Shown here: piece after piece, positions 20,637 through 28,715 of the stretch
Position numbering within the stretch: the stretch's first letter is position 1
How the letters are laid out: every line of letters starts with the position of its first letter
DNA from: Vicinamibacterales bacterium
GTDB lineage: Bacteria; Acidobacteriota; Vicinamibacteria; Vicinamibacterales; JAMQPK01
DNA length: 64,000 nucleotides
Assembly: GCA_963738315.1 (NCBI GenBank)
Contig: CAVTVT010000003.1
Span: 1,466,595 to 1,530,594 of the forward strand
Reading direction: 5' to 3'
The notes under the pieces: generated by a model
What the model was told of the DNA's origin: nothing
Databases searched by the model: none
The model's input: the letters and a program-made list of their open reading frames with translations, nothing else
Made by a program: the position numbers and the translations under genes

Positions 20637-21221
20637 GCAATGCCTCGAAGAACGATCTCATCAGGCGCTCCTCCTTGATGCCGGGCGACGACTCGACACC
20701 CGACGAGACGTCGACGCCGTAGGGGCGCACCGTCTCCACCGCGCGCGCCACGTTGTCCGGACGAAGACCCCCGGAAAGGATGCTGCGCCGCCGTCCGGCG
20801 ATGGCACGGGCGAGCTCCCAGTCCACCACTCGCCCCGTCCCGCCGCGCCGTATCGGGTCGTGCGCGTCGAGAAGGATCGTCATGGCGGCGTCGTAGTCGT
20901 CGATCGCGGCCTCGTTGCCGCCGAGGCCGAACGCCTTGATGGCCGGTCGCGCCAGCGAGCGACAGTAGGCGGGCGACTCCGCGCCGTGCAGCTGCGCGGC
21001 GCTCAGGCCTGCGACGTCCATGGCCTGCCTCACGTCGCTCTCCGGCTGGTCGACGAACACGCCGATCCTGGTCAGGCCTTCCGGCATGCGGCTGACGATC
21101 GCCGCCGCCCGTTCCGGCGGGATGTACCTCGGGCTCCCCGGCCAGAAGATGAACCCGACCGCCGATGCGCCGAGCTCGGCCGCCAGTTCGGCGTCCCGGA
21201 GCCTCGTGATCCCGCAGACCT

Positions 21222-21243
<22 letters not shown>
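20629..21243 (-). CDS. trpF: phosphoribosylanthranilate isomerase
   Basis: ORF 20629..21243(-) contains [26 protein letters not shown]. Confidence 0.9.
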
Positions 21244-22039
<796 letters not shown>

Positions 22040-22043
<4 letters not shown>

Positions 22044-23071
22044 TCCACGGCTCCCCTGGAGGCGGCGATCATCCCATCGAGCAGGCGCAACGCCCTGCCG
22101 CTGTCGATCACGCCGGCGGCGGCTTCGATGCCCTCGAGCACCGATCCCGTGCTGCCCGCGATGAACAACGAGGCGCCGGCGTTCAACAGCACGACATCGC
22201 GCCTCGGGCCCCGCTCGCCGCCCAAGACGGACCGCACCATCGCCGCATTCTCGGCGGCGTCGCCGCCGCGCAGATCGGAGAGCCTGCTCTTCGGCATCCC
22301 GAATTCCGCGGGGTGCACGTAGAACGTGGAGATCGTGCCGTCGCGCAGCTCGGACACTTTCGTGTACCCGGTCGTCGATATCTCGTCGATGCCGTCAGCC
22401 CCGTGCACGACCCAGGCGCGATCGCTGCCGAGCAGCAGCAGGGCGCGCGCCACGAGATCGGTGAGCTCCGCGCGCGGCACACCGACGAGCTGCCGGCGCG
22501 CGCCCGCCGGATTCGTCATCGGCCCCAGCAGGTTGAAGGCCGTCGGGACACCCAGCTCGCGGCGAACGGGAAGCGCGTGCTTCATGGATGGGTGGAACGT
22601 GGGCGCGAAGAAGAATGCCATCCCCACACCCGCGAGCGACGCCTCCACCCGCGCCGGCGACGCGCCCACATCGACGCCCATCGCTTCGTACACGTCCGCG
22701 CTGCCACACCGGCTCGAGACCGACCGATTGCCGTGTTTCGCGACCCGCACGCCCGCCCCGGCCACGACGACGGCCGCCGCCGAGGAGATGTTGAACGTGT
22801 GGGATCGGTCGCCGCCGGTCCCGCAGGTGTCGAACACATCGTCGAACGTCCGCGTCAGACGCACGGCGTTGGCCCTCATCGTGCGGGCCAGTCCCGCGAG
22901 CTCGGCCGGCCGCTCGCCCTTCATGGTGAGGCCGACCAGGAGCGCCGAAATCTGAGCGGGCGTCGCCCCGCCGCTCATGATGGCCTCCATGGCGCACGCC
23001 GACTCCTCGAGCGTGAGGTTCTCCCGCCGCATCAGCTTCTCGAGCACGCGCGGGAGCGCAGGCGCACTCAC
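22040..23071 (-). CDS. trpD: anthranilate phosphoribosyltransferase
   Basis: ORF 22040..23071(-) contains DTCGTGGDRSHTFNISSAAA and KHGNRSVSS. Confidence 0.93.
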
Positions 23072-23646
23072 GATGGCGATCCCAGCGCGAGGAAGTTGCG
23101 CAGGAGGTGCATGCCCTCCCGGGTCATGATCGACTCGGGATGGAACTGCACGCCGTGAATCGGCAGCTCCCGATGGCGCAGCGCCATCACCGTCCTCTCC
23201 TCTTCGGTCTCGGCGGAAATCTCGAGCGCCGGCGGAAACTGCTGCGAATCGACGACGAGCGAGTGATAGCGGGCGACCGAGAACGGGCTGGCCAGACCGG
23301 CGAACACGCCGCGGCCGTCATGACGGATGCTGGACGTCTTGCCGTGCATCGGGACGCGGGCGCGGACGACGGCGCCGCCAAAGGCCATCCCGATGGCCTG
23401 GTGTCCCAGACAGACGCCCAAGAGCGGGATGCGAGGCCCGAACGTCTTGATCACGTCGAGTGTGATGCCGGCCTGCTCCGGACGCCCCGGTCCCGGCGAG
23501 ATCACGATCCGGGCGGGCGCGAGGCCGGCAATCTCGGCGAGCGTTATCTGGTCGTTCCGGCGCACCAGCGGCGCGGCGCCCAGCTCGCCCAGGTACTGGA
23601 CGAGGTTGTACGTGAACGAATCGTAATTGTCGATGACCAGCACCAT
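23068..23646 (-). CDS. trpG: anthranilate synthase component II (glutamine amidotransferase)
   Basis: ORF 23068..23646(-) reads MVLVIDNYDSFTYNLVQYL, with the catalytic Cys in GVCLGHQ and HGVQFHPES. Confidence 0.93.
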   Translation of the reverse strand: MVLVIDNYDSFTYNLVQYLGELGAAPLVRRNDQITLAEIAGLAPARIVISPGPGRPEQAGITLDVIKTFGPRIPLLGVCLGHQAIGMAFGGAVVRARVPMHGKTSSIRHDGRGVFAGLASPFSVARYHSLVVDSQQFPPALEISAETEEERTVMALRHRELPIHGVQFHPESIMTREGMHLLRNFLALGSPS

Positions 23647-25128
23647 CTAGAGCCCCTGCTCCGCCAGCTCGAGCGCGCGTACGAGCGCCCGCGCCTTGTC
23701 CCTCGTCTCCTGATACTCCGCCGACGGATTCGAATCCGCGACGATGCCCGCGCCCGCCTGGACCATCGCGCGGCGCCCGGCGATGACGACCGTGCGGATG
23801 GTGATGCAGAAATCGAGATTGCCGGCGAAGTCCAGATAGCCGACGGCGCCGGCATAGATGCCCCGCCGATCCGGCTCGAGCTCGGCGATGATCTCCATGG
23901 CGCGCACCTTCGGGGCGCCGGAGACGGTGCCGGCCGGAAAGCACGCCACGAGCGCGTCCAGGCGGTCCCGATCCTCGGCCAGCCGGCCCTCCACCACTGA
24001 TACCAGGTGCATGACATGGGAGTACCGCTCGAGCGCCATGAAGGTCGACACCCTCACGGTGCCGAACTGCGACACGCGCCCCAGATCGTTGCGGCCGAGA
24101 TCGACCAGCATCACGTGCTCCGAGCGCTCCTTCTCGTTCCGCTTCAGCTCCTCGCCGAGCCGCAGGTCCTCATCTTCCGTGCCGCCCCTCGGCCGCGTAC
24201 CGGCGATGGGGTGCGTCTGCGCCACGCCACCCTCGACGCGCACCAGCATCTCGGGCGAGGATCCCACGATCGCCAGGGGCCCCATGCGGAGGTAGTACAT
24301 GTACGGCGACGGATTGACGTGCCGCAGCGCCCGGTACACGGTGAACGAGTCGGCCGAGATCTCCGCCTCGAAGCGCTGCGAGAGCACCACCTGATAGATG
24401 TCGCCGGCGGCGATGTATTCCTTCGCGGTCCTGACCATCTCCTCGAAACGTTCTTTGCTCAGATTCGACCGCACGTCGACCGGCGGCCCCGGATCCGGCC
24501 GGGGGTGCGAGAAGTCGCGCCGAAGCTCGCGCTCCAGGAATTCGATCTTCGTGCACGCGAATCGGTACAGATCCTCGAGGTCGTCGTCCGGAGTGATGCG
24601 CGCGTTCGCGATGATGAGAATCCGGTGCTGCACGTGGTCGAAGGCCAGCACCGTGTCGAAGATCATGAACGCGGCGTCGTCCCGCAGGGCCGGATCGCGC
24701 GGCGCCGACTCGTCCTGCAGCGGCACCGGCTCGAACCATGCCGCGGTGTCGTAGCCGAGATAGCCGACGGCGCCTCCCGTGAACCGCGGCAGCTCCGCGA
24801 CGAACGGCGAGCGGAAGTCGGCCATCATCTTCCGCAGGACGCCGATGAAGGGTTCGCCGCTCTCGGCCACGATGCCCGTGCGCTCCACGATCGTCCTGCC
24901 GTCGCGCGACCGGAGGACCACGAAGGGGTCCTTGCCGAGGAAGGAATACCGTCCGACGTGTTCTCCGCCCTCGACGCTCTCCAGGAGAAACGCATAGTCG
25001 GAGTGCTCGGCGATCCGCAGGAACGCCGACACCGGCGTCAGCAGATCGGCGACCAGCTCCTTCACGACCGGCACGAACGTGCTGCGCCCGGCAAGCTCGC
25101 TGAACGTCTCGAACGACGTGAGTTTCAT
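23647..25128 (-). CDS. trpE: anthranilate synthase component I
   Basis: Within ORF 23647..25665(-), starting at MKLTSFETF (ATG 25128, an ATGA overlap with the aroD/E stop). Contains LSQRFE..GTVSGAPKVRAMEII..GAVGYLDFAGNLDFCITIRT. Confidence 0.93.
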   Translation of the reverse strand: MKLTSFETFSELAGRSTFVPVVKELVADLLTPVSAFLRIAEHSDYAFLLESVEGGEHVGRYSFLGKDPFVVLRSRDGRTIVERTGIVAESGEPFIGVLRKMMADFRSPFVAELPRFTGGAVGYLGYDTAAWFEPVPLQDESAPRDPALRDDAAFMIFDTVLAFDHVQHRILIIANARITPDDDLEDLYRFACTKIEFLERELRRDFSHPRPDPGPPVDVRSNLSKERFEEMVRTAKEYIAAGDIYQVVLSQRFEAEISADSFTVYRALRHVNPSPYMYYLRMGPLAIVGSSPEMLVRVEGGVAQTHPIAGTRPRGGTEDEDLRLGEELKRNEKERSEHVMLVDLGRNDLGRVSQFGTVRVSTFMALERYSHVMHLVSVVEGRLAEDRDRLDALVACFPAGTVSGAPKVRAMEIIAELEPDRRGIYAGAVGYLDFAGNLDFCITIRTVVIAGRRAMVQAGAGIVADSNPSAEYQETRDKARALVRALELAEQGL

Positions 25129-26582
25129 GACATGTGCCCCTCGTCCGACATCGCGCGCAGACGGGCGAGCGCCGCCTCGCGCATGACACCCTCGGGTGGA
25201 CGGCGGCCGATCCACCAGTCGGACTGCTCCTCGGCCTGCGCCACGAGCATGTCCAGGCCGCCGATCGTCTCGAGCCCGGCGGCCGCGGCCTCCCTGAGAA
25301 ACCGGGTGATCGGCGGGTTGTAGACCAGGTCGTACACGATGCGGCCGTCGAAGGCGCCCGCCCCGAAAGGCGTCTCGTCGCAGTCGGGATAGGTGCCCGC
25401 CGGGGTGGCATTCACGAGCAGGTCCCAGCTCTTGGCCGGGATCGGCAGGTGCGTCGGCTTTCGGCCGATCGACGCGGCCACGGCGGCCGCCTGCTCCGCC
25501 CGCCTCGAGTAGATGCTGACCTCCGCCCCGGCCGATGCCAGCGCGACGGCGACCGCCCGCCCGGCCCCTCCGGCGCCGAGCAGGGCGGCGCGCGCACCGC
25601 GCAGCTGGAGCCGATCGCGCAGCGGCGCCAGAAATCCGCTCACGTCGGTGTTGCGGCCCAGCCACTTCGTCTGGCGGCGCTTGAGCGTGTTGACCGCCCC
25701 GACCTTGGTGCTCGTCTCGTCGGCCGCGTCGACGCGCTGGAAGAGATCCACCTTGTACGGAATCGTGACGCTGGCTCCCCGCATGCGCAGCGCGTTCGCG
25801 AATTCCAGGAAGTCATCGGCGCTCGCCGCCGCCAGCGGCACGTACACGGCGTCCACCCCGGCCGCACGGAACGCGGCGTTGTGCATCGCCGGAGACACCG
25901 AGTGGCCGAGCGGCAGCCCGACGACGCCGTAGATGGCGGTGCGGTCGGTCACGTCGCGAAACCGGAACTCCTCGACCATCCGCGACGCCGGTATCTGTCC
26001 AGGCGCATGCCGGTCGCCCGCGTAGGACCACGCGGACCCGAAATGCGCTGCGAGGATCCGTGTGGGCAGCCCCGCCTCCCCCATTCCAACCAGCACCGTC
26101 CGGCACGCGTCGTCTCGCACGTCGAGCAGGCCCAGATTGTCCCAGAGGGTTCGGGCCATCACGGCCACCTTGACGACTTCCGCGCCGGACGCACGCATCG
26201 CCCGCACGCGCGCCGCGAGATCGCCGGGGACCCCGTCGAAATCGTGCATCGAGAGCACGATGCGCCGGCCGCCGGTCGTCTCCACGAGCGGGGCGAACGC
26301 GGCCTTGAACTCGATGTCGACGTACTCCGCACCCTGCTGAAGCGCCGACGACAGAATGGCCAGCCGTTCGGCTTCCGACCCCTCGAAACCTCCCCCTTCC
26401 CACTTGGGCCTGCACGTCACGATCACCGGGATCCGGCGCCCCTCGAGCGCCCCCGCCGGGTCGGGGTCACGCACCGAGTCGAGGCGGAGCTCCACCAGAT
26501 CGGCGCCCGTGACAGCGTCGCGGCGCTGCCTGAGCTCGGCCATGGTGGGTGCGGCGATCGTGACGCACAAGAGCGGCGGCAT
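25125..26582 (-). CDS. bifunctional 3-dehydroquinate dehydratase (type I) / shikimate 5-dehydrogenase
   Basis: ORF 25125..26582(-). The N-terminal half LCVTIAAPT..VELRLDS..VIVTCRP..VVKVAVMA is a type I DHQase. The C-terminal half GHSVSPAMHNAAF..NTDVSGF..LLGAGGAGRAVA is AroE. Confidence 0.9.
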   Translation of the reverse strand: MPPLLCVTIAAPTMAELRQRRDAVTGADLVELRLDSVRDPDPAGALEGRRIPVIVTCRPKWEGGGFEGSEAERLAILSSALQQGAEYVDIEFKAAFAPLVETTGGRRIVLSMHDFDGVPGDLAARVRAMRASGAEVVKVAVMARTLWDNLGLLDVRDDACRTVLVGMGEAGLPTRILAAHFGSAWSYAGDRHAPGQIPASRMVEEFRFRDVTDRTAIYGVVGLPLGHSVSPAMHNAAFRAAGVDAVYVPLAAASADDFLEFANALRMRGASVTIPYKVDLFQRVDAADETSTKVGAVNTLKRRQTKWLGRNTDVSGFLAPLRDRLQLRGARAALLGAGGAGRAVAVALASAGAEVSIYSRRAEQAAAVAASIGRKPTHLPIPAKSWDLLVNATPAGTYPDCDETPFGAGAFDGRIVYDLVYNPPITRFLREAAAAGLETIGGLDMLVAQAEEQSDWWIGRRPPEGVMREAALARLRAMSDEGHMS

Positions 26583-26617
26583 AAAAAAAGCCCCTTCAAC
26601 CGTCCGGCTGAAGAGGC
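26583..26617 (-). terminator. intrinsic terminator of the aromatic-operon leader
   Basis: On the minus strand, GCCUCUUCAGCC (26617-26606) pairs with GGUUGAAGGGGC (26601-26590) around a GGAC loop. This is followed by U7 (26589-26583), which runs into the aroD/E ATG. Confidence 0.8.
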
Positions 26618-26644
26618 TGTGTCTGGCTCCCGAATGTCGTCGGA

Positions 26645-26764
26645 TCAGGCCAAGGCAGACGCCCCTTCAGTCCGGGCGTAGTACCACCAGCCAAACGCGA
26701 ACGTACGCTCAGGGGCCGCTTGGGCGGTCGGGGCGATATCCGGCGTAATGGCGGCTGACGTCAT
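26645..26764 (-). CDS. aromatic-operon leader peptide (39 aa, not in ORF track)
   Basis: Runs from ATG 26764 to TGA 26647-26645 and encodes MTSAAITPDIAPTAQAAPERTFAFGWWYYARTEGASALA. Codons 22-29 are F-A-F-G-W-W-Y-Y. It sits between a promoter and a terminator/antiterminator pair directly upstream of the aro/trp/tyr operon. Confidence 0.7.
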   Translation of the reverse strand: MTSAAITPDIAPTAQAAPERTFAFGWWYYARTEGASALA

Positions 26765-26786
26765 GTCGTGGCGCAAAGAGACACGG

Positions 26787-26816
26787 ACGATAGCAGGAAC
26801 TCTTTGATTCTGTCAA
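26787..26816 (-). promoter_or_regulatory. promoter candidate of the aromatic supraoperon leader
   Basis: On the minus strand, TTGACA (26816-26811), an 18-nt spacer ending in TGc (extended -10), then TATCGT (26792-26787). It lies about 20 nt upstream of the leader ATG. Confidence 0.5.
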
Positions 26817-26861
26817 GGATTGTGCGACCATGGGAAGCGAGTATCCGTTAACTCCAAATCC

Positions 26862-28697
26862 ATGAAGAGACTGCTGTTCACGCTGGGAGCGAGCGTCGCC
26901 CTGCTGGTCGCGTCGCTGCCGGCGGCCGCTCCCTACTATCCGGTGGACGAGATCAAGCCGGGCACCGAAGCGACGGGCCTGACGGTCTGGCAGGGCGACA
27001 AGATCGAGGAGTTCAAGGTCCACATCATCGGGGTGCTGAGAAACGTGATCGGTCCCCGCCGCGATCTCATTCTGGCGAAGCTCGAAGGGGGGCCGCTCGC
27101 CGATACCGGGGTCATCGCGGGCATGAGCGGAAGCCCGGTCTACATCGATGGCCGCCTGGCCGGCGCGGTTTCGTACTCGCTGGGGGCGTTCTCGAAGGAA
27201 CCCCTGGCCGGCATCACGCCGATCGGCGAGATGATCGACGCGGCGAGGCTCGACTCGCCGCGGCCGCCGATGGGCGAGCGCGCCCGGCTCGAAGTGCCGG
27301 TCACCCGGGAGAGCACCAGCGCCGCGCTTCGCGCCGCGCTCTCCTGGATGCGGCCGTTCGCCGAGCGGCCGGGCGATGTCAGGCTCCTGAGCCCGATGAG
27401 CGGCGTCGATGGACAGGTCGCGACGCTGCTTCGGCCAATCTCGACGCCGCTGATGTTGGGCGGTTTCGCTGCGGACGTGACCGACCTGCTGAGCGGCGCG
27501 TTCCGCGACGCCGGCTTCACGCCGATGGCCGGTCCCGCCGGGGCGGCTGACACCCCCGCGGTGTCGTCTCCGCTGAAGCCGGGCGATGCTGTCGGGGTCA
27601 ACCTGCTGAGCGGCGATTTCCAGGTGGGCGCGACAGGCACCGTCACCGAGGTGGCCGGAAACCGTGTATACGCGTTCGGACATCCCTTCTTCAATCTCGG
27701 CCCTATTCAGTTTCCGATGACGCGCGCGTACGTGCACACGCTGCTGCCGAGCCTGACCGCGTCGATGAAGATCGCGACCACGGGGGAGCTGATTGGCACG
27801 GTGTCGCAGGACCGGGCCACGACAATCGCGGGGACGCTGGGCACCGGGCCGGCGATGATCCCGGTCCGGCTGTCGCTGCAGTCGGATCGCGGCTTCAAGA
27901 AGGAGTTCGAGTTCCAGGTCGTCAAGGATCAGACCCTGACGCCCCTCTTCACCTATGCCGCGGTGCTCAGCACGCTCGGCTCCTACGAACGTGAGACGGG
28001 GGCGGCCAGCTTCACCGTCCGCGGGAAGCTGCTCGTCAAGTCGCACAGCGACGTCCAGATCGAAGATCTGTTCACCGGCGATCGCGCAGCCCTCAGCGCC
28101 TCGGCCTCGGTGATGGCCCCGCTCAGTTTTCTCGTGGGCAACGACTTCGAGCCGATCGACATTCAGGGAGTGGAGCTCGCGATCGAGTCGACCGAGCAGC
28201 CGCGGACCGCCACCATCGAGCGTGTCTGGGTCGACGCGGTCCGCGCCAAGGCGGGCCAGACCGTCCCGCTGAAAGTGCTCATGCGCACGTACCGCGGAGA
28301 CGAGGTCGTCCGGACCGTTCCGATCGAGATACCCTCGAACGCGAGCGGCCCGCTCCAGGTGATGGTGTCGGACGGCGCCCGGCTCGCGCAGTGGGAGCGC
28401 CGGGAAGTGCGCCAGCCGTCCGAGCCGCGCAGCGTACCGCAGATCATCCGGGCCCTGAACACGGCCCGCAAGAACAACCGGCTCTACGTCCGGCTGCTGG
28501 CGCCCGACGCGGGCGCCGTCGTGAGCGGCGAGCCGCTGTCGGCCCTCCCGCCGTCCGTACTGGGCGTGCTCGAAGCCGACCGCACCACCGGAGACTTCGT
28601 GCCGCTGCGCAGCGCCACGCTGGGCGAGTGGGATCTGCCGAGCGAGTACGCCGTCGTCGGATCGCGCACGCTCACGCTGTCGCTGGAAGCCAACTAG
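26862..28697 (+). CDS. SpoIVB-like S55 serine peptidase family protein, secreted
   Basis: Within ORF 26820..28697(+), starting at MKRLLFTLGASVALLVASLPAAA (signal peptide). It has the S55-type active-site context GVIAGMSGSPVYIDGRLAGAVS and a large C-terminal extension. Confidence 0.75.
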   Translation: MKRLLFTLGASVALLVASLPAAAPYYPVDEIKPGTEATGLTVWQGDKIEEFKVHIIGVLRNVIGPRRDLILAKLEGGPLADTGVIAGMSGSPVYIDGRLAGAVSYSLGAFSKEPLAGITPIGEMIDAARLDSPRPPMGERARLEVPVTRESTSAALRAALSWMRPFAERPGDVRLLSPMSGVDGQVATLLRPISTPLMLGGFAADVTDLLSGAFRDAGFTPMAGPAGAADTPAVSSPLKPGDAVGVNLLSGDFQVGATGTVTEVAGNRVYAFGHPFFNLGPIQFPMTRAYVHTLLPSLTASMKIATTGELIGTVSQDRATTIAGTLGTGPAMIPVRLSLQSDRGFKKEFEFQVVKDQTLTPLFTYAAVLSTLGSYERETGAASFTVRGKLLVKSHSDVQIEDLFTGDRAALSASASVMAPLSFLVGNDFEPIDIQGVELAIESTEQPRTATIERVWVDAVRAKAGQTVPLKVLMRTYRGDEVVRTVPIEIPSNASGPLQVMVSDGARLAQWERREVRQPSEPRSVPQIIRALNTARKNNRLYVRLLAPDAGAVVSGEPLSALPPSVLGVLEADRTTGDFVPLRSATLGEWDLPSEYAVVGSRTLTLSLEAN

Positions 28698-28715
28698 CCC
28701 GCACCCTTGACCCCG

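Larger units (their letters stand above)
26583..26780 (-). promoter_or_regulatory. leader-peptide transcription attenuator (alternative 2:3 antiterminator / 3:4 terminator)
   Basis: Segment 2 (26670-26656) can pair with segment 3 (26625-26608) over 15 bp with a 3-nt bulge. Segment 3 alternatively forms the terminator with segment 4. The leader stop codon lies 8 nt after segment 2. The SD-like GAAGGGG (26597-26591) lies within segment 4. Confidence 0.7.

Noticed and set aside
26640-26665. SRP-RNA-like string GGAUCAGGCCAAGGCAGAC on the plus strand
   Set aside because: It lacks the conserved GGAA/AGCA symmetric-loop motifs and a long helix 8 pairing partner. It lies inside the antiterminator loop region of the leader on the opposite strand.
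26676-26695. T-box riboswitch-like sequence GGCUGGUGGUACUACGCC on the minus strand, resembling the T-box core (A)GGGUGGNACCGCG, upstream of a trp operon
   Set aside because: The resemblance comes from the in-frame codons GGC-UGG-UGG-UAC-UAC of the leader ORF. Only about 100 nt separate the putative promoter from this sequence, and I could fold no Stem I, specifier loop or K-turn there. The terminator is about 85 nt further on, not adjacent as in T-boxes. The leader-peptide attenuator model explains all the elements.
26583-26780. TRAP-type regulation (11 spaced GAG/UAG triplets) of the trp genes, as in Bacillus
   Set aside because: No series of (G/U)AG triplets with 2-3-nt spacers is present in the leader, and no mtrB-like gene is in the window.
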